A DNA stretch of 63,459 bases, counting the filler, from Perkinsus chesapeaki ATCC PRA-425 (lineage: Eukaryota; Protista; Perkinsozoa), in assembly GCA_013115145.1 (NCBI GenBank). It is 6 parts of 6 records of this genome, joined end to end, with 100 filler letters (N's around TTAATTAATTAA, not from the genome) between each part and the next. Parts side by side here need not be neighbours in the genome. Positions count along the whole stretch, not along the records: positions 36,143 to 60,321 come from JAAPAO010000549.1; positions 60,422 to 61,981 come from JAAPAO010001898.1; positions 62,082 to 63,459 come from JAAPAO010002001.1; 3 more parts are not named here. One strand, written 5' to 3'. Numbering within the stretch: position 1 is the first letter of the stretch; every line of letters starts with the position of its first letter. The notes beneath the pieces were generated by a model. The model searched no databases, was not told the origin of the DNA, and saw only the letters and a program-made list of their open reading frames with translations. Positions 60,001 to 63,459 of this stretch are shown here, piece by piece. The position numbers were made by a program, and so were the translations under genes.

Positions 60001-60172
60001 CGCGCACCGGTTCTTGTCGGCCTGAGAGAAGGGACGCCAGCAATTACTCTATGGTTAGGAAGACTCTACAGTCCAAAAAGAACTAACGAGAGTATCATTA
60101 AAAAAGTAATAGTTATTAAGCAAACCGATCAGAAAGTCGCAAAAGGAATGGTGTTTAGTATTTAGCGAGGAG

Positions 60173-60321
60173 CATATTTTATATTATATCTCCTCCTCCG
60201 TATCACTAGTAATATATTTTATATTATATCTCCTCCTCCTCCGTATCACTAGTAACATATTTTATATTATATCTCCTCCTCCGTATCACTAGTAACATAT
60301 TTTATATTATATCTCCTCCTC
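60173..60321. repeat. 40-bp minisatellite (~3.7 copies) running into the contig end
   Basis: Unit CATATTTTATATTATATCTCCTCCTCCGTATCACTAGTAA with one extra CCT in copy 2. There are no unique spacers. Confidence 0.95.
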
Positions 60322-60421
60322 NNNNNNNNNNNNNNNNNNNNNNNNNNNNNNNNNNNNNNNNNNNNTTAATTAATTAANNNNNNNNNNNNNNNNNNNNNNN
60401 NNNNNNNNNNNNNNNNNNNNN
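60322..60421. other. Artificial contig linker
   Basis: N44-TTAATTAATTAA-N44. Confidence 0.99.
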
Positions 60422-61981
60422 TAGACACTTTCACCCCCAGCAACAGCCCTTCCTCTTTTACTGGTATATCAATACCGTACTGTTTGCAATGGTACAAAAA
60501 TTCCTCTCTATTCTCTGGCCTTACCACCGCCCACAGTTTATCAACCTGTACCACAAATCCCAAAATTCGCAATATCATAAAGAGTAGAGCAAAGGCCTTC
60601 ACCATAACCATAATGCTTGCTGTTTGCAGGACGATGTCATCCATGTAGAACATTATAAAAAGCAGTATTTTCCCCAATACAAGCTTCCTCATCCGTTCGG
60701 TCATGGTCGCTATTATTTCCTTTAGCGATCCCTGTAGACATCCGGCTCCAAAATGAAGCCCGAAGGCCATCCTACTCGTCACAAACTCCCCTATAGCTGT
60801 GGCTAATAAGACCCACTGTGATAACAAATGACAGCGATAATACGCTTTTTGAAGGTCTGCTACCAGGACGTCTCCTCCGTTCAACCTCACTGCCAACAAG
60901 ATATCCGATGTTGTTCTCCTACATGACGAGACCTCCCCAAGGCTCTCGTTTACCCCTCGACAGTCCAACACCAGCCGTGGCTTCTTTTCCAGTTGCGTAA
61001 GGAAAATGGGAGACGCTGGAAGACATTCTTTCCCCTGAAAGTCCTCCCTATCCTGCGCATCCTTCTTAATCCACCACCCCTTCTCTACAAATTCCTGCAC
61101 CAGATTCCTATATATCTCCTGGTGGTGTTTCTCCAATTTCCTATACGCCGCCATCTCATACCTTGGTATTCGTAGCGCAGCTGTATCCTTAGCCCGCCTC
61201 CTAGGCAATTCGATATACACGGCTGCTTCCTGCCCTTCGCAGTCCCGTCGACAACCCTCTTCAAGTTTCCTGAATGACAGTCTGTAATCTGGTAGTCCCT
61301 CCACCACGATATCTCCCTTTTCCACCAGTTCTGCTACTACTGCACTAGCAGCATCCCTTTCCTGTTGTGGCAAAACTGGATAAATGGCTCTATCCTCCTC
61401 CTTAGGAGATGGTTGGGTTCCAACCCCCTGTGATTGACAGTCGATATACTTAATGACGTTGTCTTGCATGTATCTTATCACATCGATAGCTTCTGCAGAG
61501 TCTCCTCCCTGCTCCTCAGGCTCAGCCCGAGTGTCACTCAAAGCTCCCCCCTTTGACCGCGACACCGTTCCTGTTGCTAAGTCTAGCTTTAAACGCACCC
61601 TACTTCCTATGTCTCGTCCTATCAAGAGGCCTGCCCTGTCCTCTACATGCTCTGAATATAAAACCCTGACCATATGAGGTGCCGCCGTTATGGACTCTCC
61701 CTCCAACCATAATGTTAAATAGACTTCTGCCTCTTCTGTGATTGCTGTGCGGCTCCCATCCGCTAACTTTGCCCACTTCGAGACTTTTGTAGTGGGTATA
61801 CTCCTTTGTCTGCTCGCCCTGTCCTTTGGCAAGCATAAGTACGTGCGTCCAGCTCCTGGATCGATGGTCCCTTTGATTCCTAATATCCTATGTTTTGGAT
61901 CTACAGCGCTAACTACATCTGTCCTGACCTGCAACTCAGCAGGAACGTCTAAGTATATAAGACATACTCTATCCTCTACTT
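60422..61981 (-). mobile_element. Retrotransposon pol fragment: retropepsin-like domain + reverse transcriptase (BEL/Pao-like motifs)
   Basis: The frame is open across the whole contig. Motifs: GTIDPGAGRTYL...GLLIGRD (protease-like), KKPRLVLDC, SDILLAVR...LVADLQKAYY, RMAFGLHFG and FYMDD. Confidence 0.88.
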
Positions 61982-62081
61982 NNNNNNNNNNNNNNNNNNN
62001 NNNNNNNNNNNNNNNNNNNNNNNNNTTAATTAATTAANNNNNNNNNNNNNNNNNNNNNNNNNNNNNNNNNNNNNNNNNNNN
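61982..62081. other. Artificial contig linker
   Basis: N44-TTAATTAATTAA-N44. Confidence 0.99.
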
Positions 62082-62488
62082 ATTATCAGACCGAAGATGA
62101 TGTTTTGAGCTACGAAACCACCGACGCTCAAGGTGCCTCTGTGCTGAAAGATCTGGGTCATGACTTTGTCTTCGTACTCGACAGTTTCAATCGGTTGGTG
62201 AGGCTGGCATGGAGCGGGGCACTGATAGCAACCAGGTTTGAAGGTCTTGCAGTACCCTGGTTTAGATGAGCGCTCAAGCCAATCTTTCCAGACAAAGGTG
62301 AGATGAAAGGAACCGGTATCGACAAACATAGTCATTGTGTTACCGTCCGCTCCAACTTTGGTATAGAGACCACGGCCAATATTTGGATAGTTCGCATAAA
62401 CGATTCCTATATTTAATGCCTGTCCATGGCTAGTCGGAGATAGAGCCAACACGAGTAGACTAAGAACGGAGAGCCAGTGATCCATCAA
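62082..62488 (-). CDS. Secreted pepsin-like (A1) aspartic protease, 5' fragment
   Basis: Signal peptide MDHWLSVLSLLVLALSPTSHG, MFVDTGS (first catalytic DTG), Cys cluster, VEYED flap-like and IIFGLI motifs. Truncated by the linker. Confidence 0.85.
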
Positions 62489-62988
62489 GAAAAAAAACTA
62501 CGGGAAATTGTTAGTGCTATGCTGACTTCTCTCAAATAACCTCTTTGAAGTCCTCCGCTAAGCCCGAATAAAGCAGGCGGCGCTGTGGAGGCTTCACCAT
62601 GGAGCTCAGACCCTCGCCTGGGTCCAAACACGCTGATAAGATAGAGCTGGTCATGCTTAGTTCTTCATGTCCCAGTTGGAGTAGTCTTCTCTCTGTTCAA
62701 GCTATGCAGGCGTCCTTTCCCAATAGAAGGTAGTATCAAGCATTCTCTCCATACAATGCAAGGTGCCGCATGCGCGCCTGGCCTTCCTAGTGTACGAGGG
62801 TGGAGCATGTAATGTGCAGATGGAGCAAAAAGCTTGTTCACTTGCCCGTGCCTCACGACTCGAAAACGAGCTTGATTACCCGCACTGCTCGGAGATCCAG
62901 ACTTCTTCATTGTTACAACACAAGTAACTGTTCTCAACCAGGAGAATATAATCAATAACAAAACAAACAACATAGAACAAGCTTTAAC

Positions 62989-63024
62989 GTTCTGCAGTTC
63001 TAGTTACAGCTAGAACTGCAGAAC
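62989..63024. repeat. Perfect 15-bp inverted repeat (hairpin, 6-nt loop)
   Basis: GTTCTGCAGTTCTAG TTACAG CTAGAACTGCAGAAC. Confidence 0.9.
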
Positions 63025-63459
63025 TAGCACAAGCTAAGGAAAGGAGACAGAGATTGTGTCACGGGATGATTGGGTGATAACAGTGATCACGCCCCCCAAG
63101 CCAATCACCAGGCAATCAATGTCACAAGCACATCATGTCAATACCCTGAGATGTCAACCAACCACATATGGCATTAGGGATATGTCGATGTGACGTACAC
63201 ACAAAACCCATTCCAAACAAATCTACCGGCCCGACCGTAAACGTAGCTGCATCACGGTCACACTTGCCACGGGGAGGATGCCAGGATTTATTACGATGAC
63301 GATCAAGACCAACAACTTGGAGTAAATCAGGGAGAGCTTTCTCAACAAGTGTAGAATAAACAACTCAACAAGAGCCGTTTAAAGGCGGTTCTAATAAAGT
63401 TTTAATACATACAATAATAGTGGTTGCGCTAGGCTAAGGAAAAGGAGACAGCGCGCACA

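Noticed and set aside
60173-60321. Possible CRISPR array
   Set aside because: Head-to-tail units without unique spacers, in a eukaryotic context with no cas genes.
62665-62973. 102-aa ORF with a hydrophobic N-terminus
   Set aside because: There is no recognisable domain or supporting exon structure, so it cannot be distinguished from a chance ORF.

Overview
Eukaryotic, intron-rich protist genomic DNA. It is most consistent with a perkinsid alveolate (Perkinsus-like); this is inferred from intron style, gene content and family expansions, not from a database search. The window is an artificial concatenation of six contigs joined by 100-bp N44-TTAATTAATTAA-N44 linkers, so adjacency across linkers is not biological. 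Contig 1 (1-30536) has a minus-strand block (TPM/MOLO-1-TM-RING-H2 fusion, very large low-complexity gene(s), CFAP36/BART-like gene). A mostly plus-strand block follows (EF-hand protein, four tandem DHA1-type MFS transporters, an EamA/DMT transporter), plus tRNA-Glu(TTC), tRNA-Val(AAC) and orphan tRNA 3' halves. Contig 2 carries a spliced Mutator/MULE-SWIM transposase and contig 3 a decayed hAT transposase. Contig 4 has spliced hypothetical genes, a protein resembling the Plk4 cryptic polo box without a kinase domain, a TMEM128-like gene, a coiled-coil protein, two intronless LicD-family genes, a HAD pyrimidine 5'-nucleotidase, a RING-HC protein and a terminal 40-bp minisatellite. Contig 5 is a BEL/Pao-like protease-RT fragment and contig 6 a secreted pepsin-like protease 5' end. 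Domain calls are by-eye motif recognition and exon boundaries of spliced genes are approximate.
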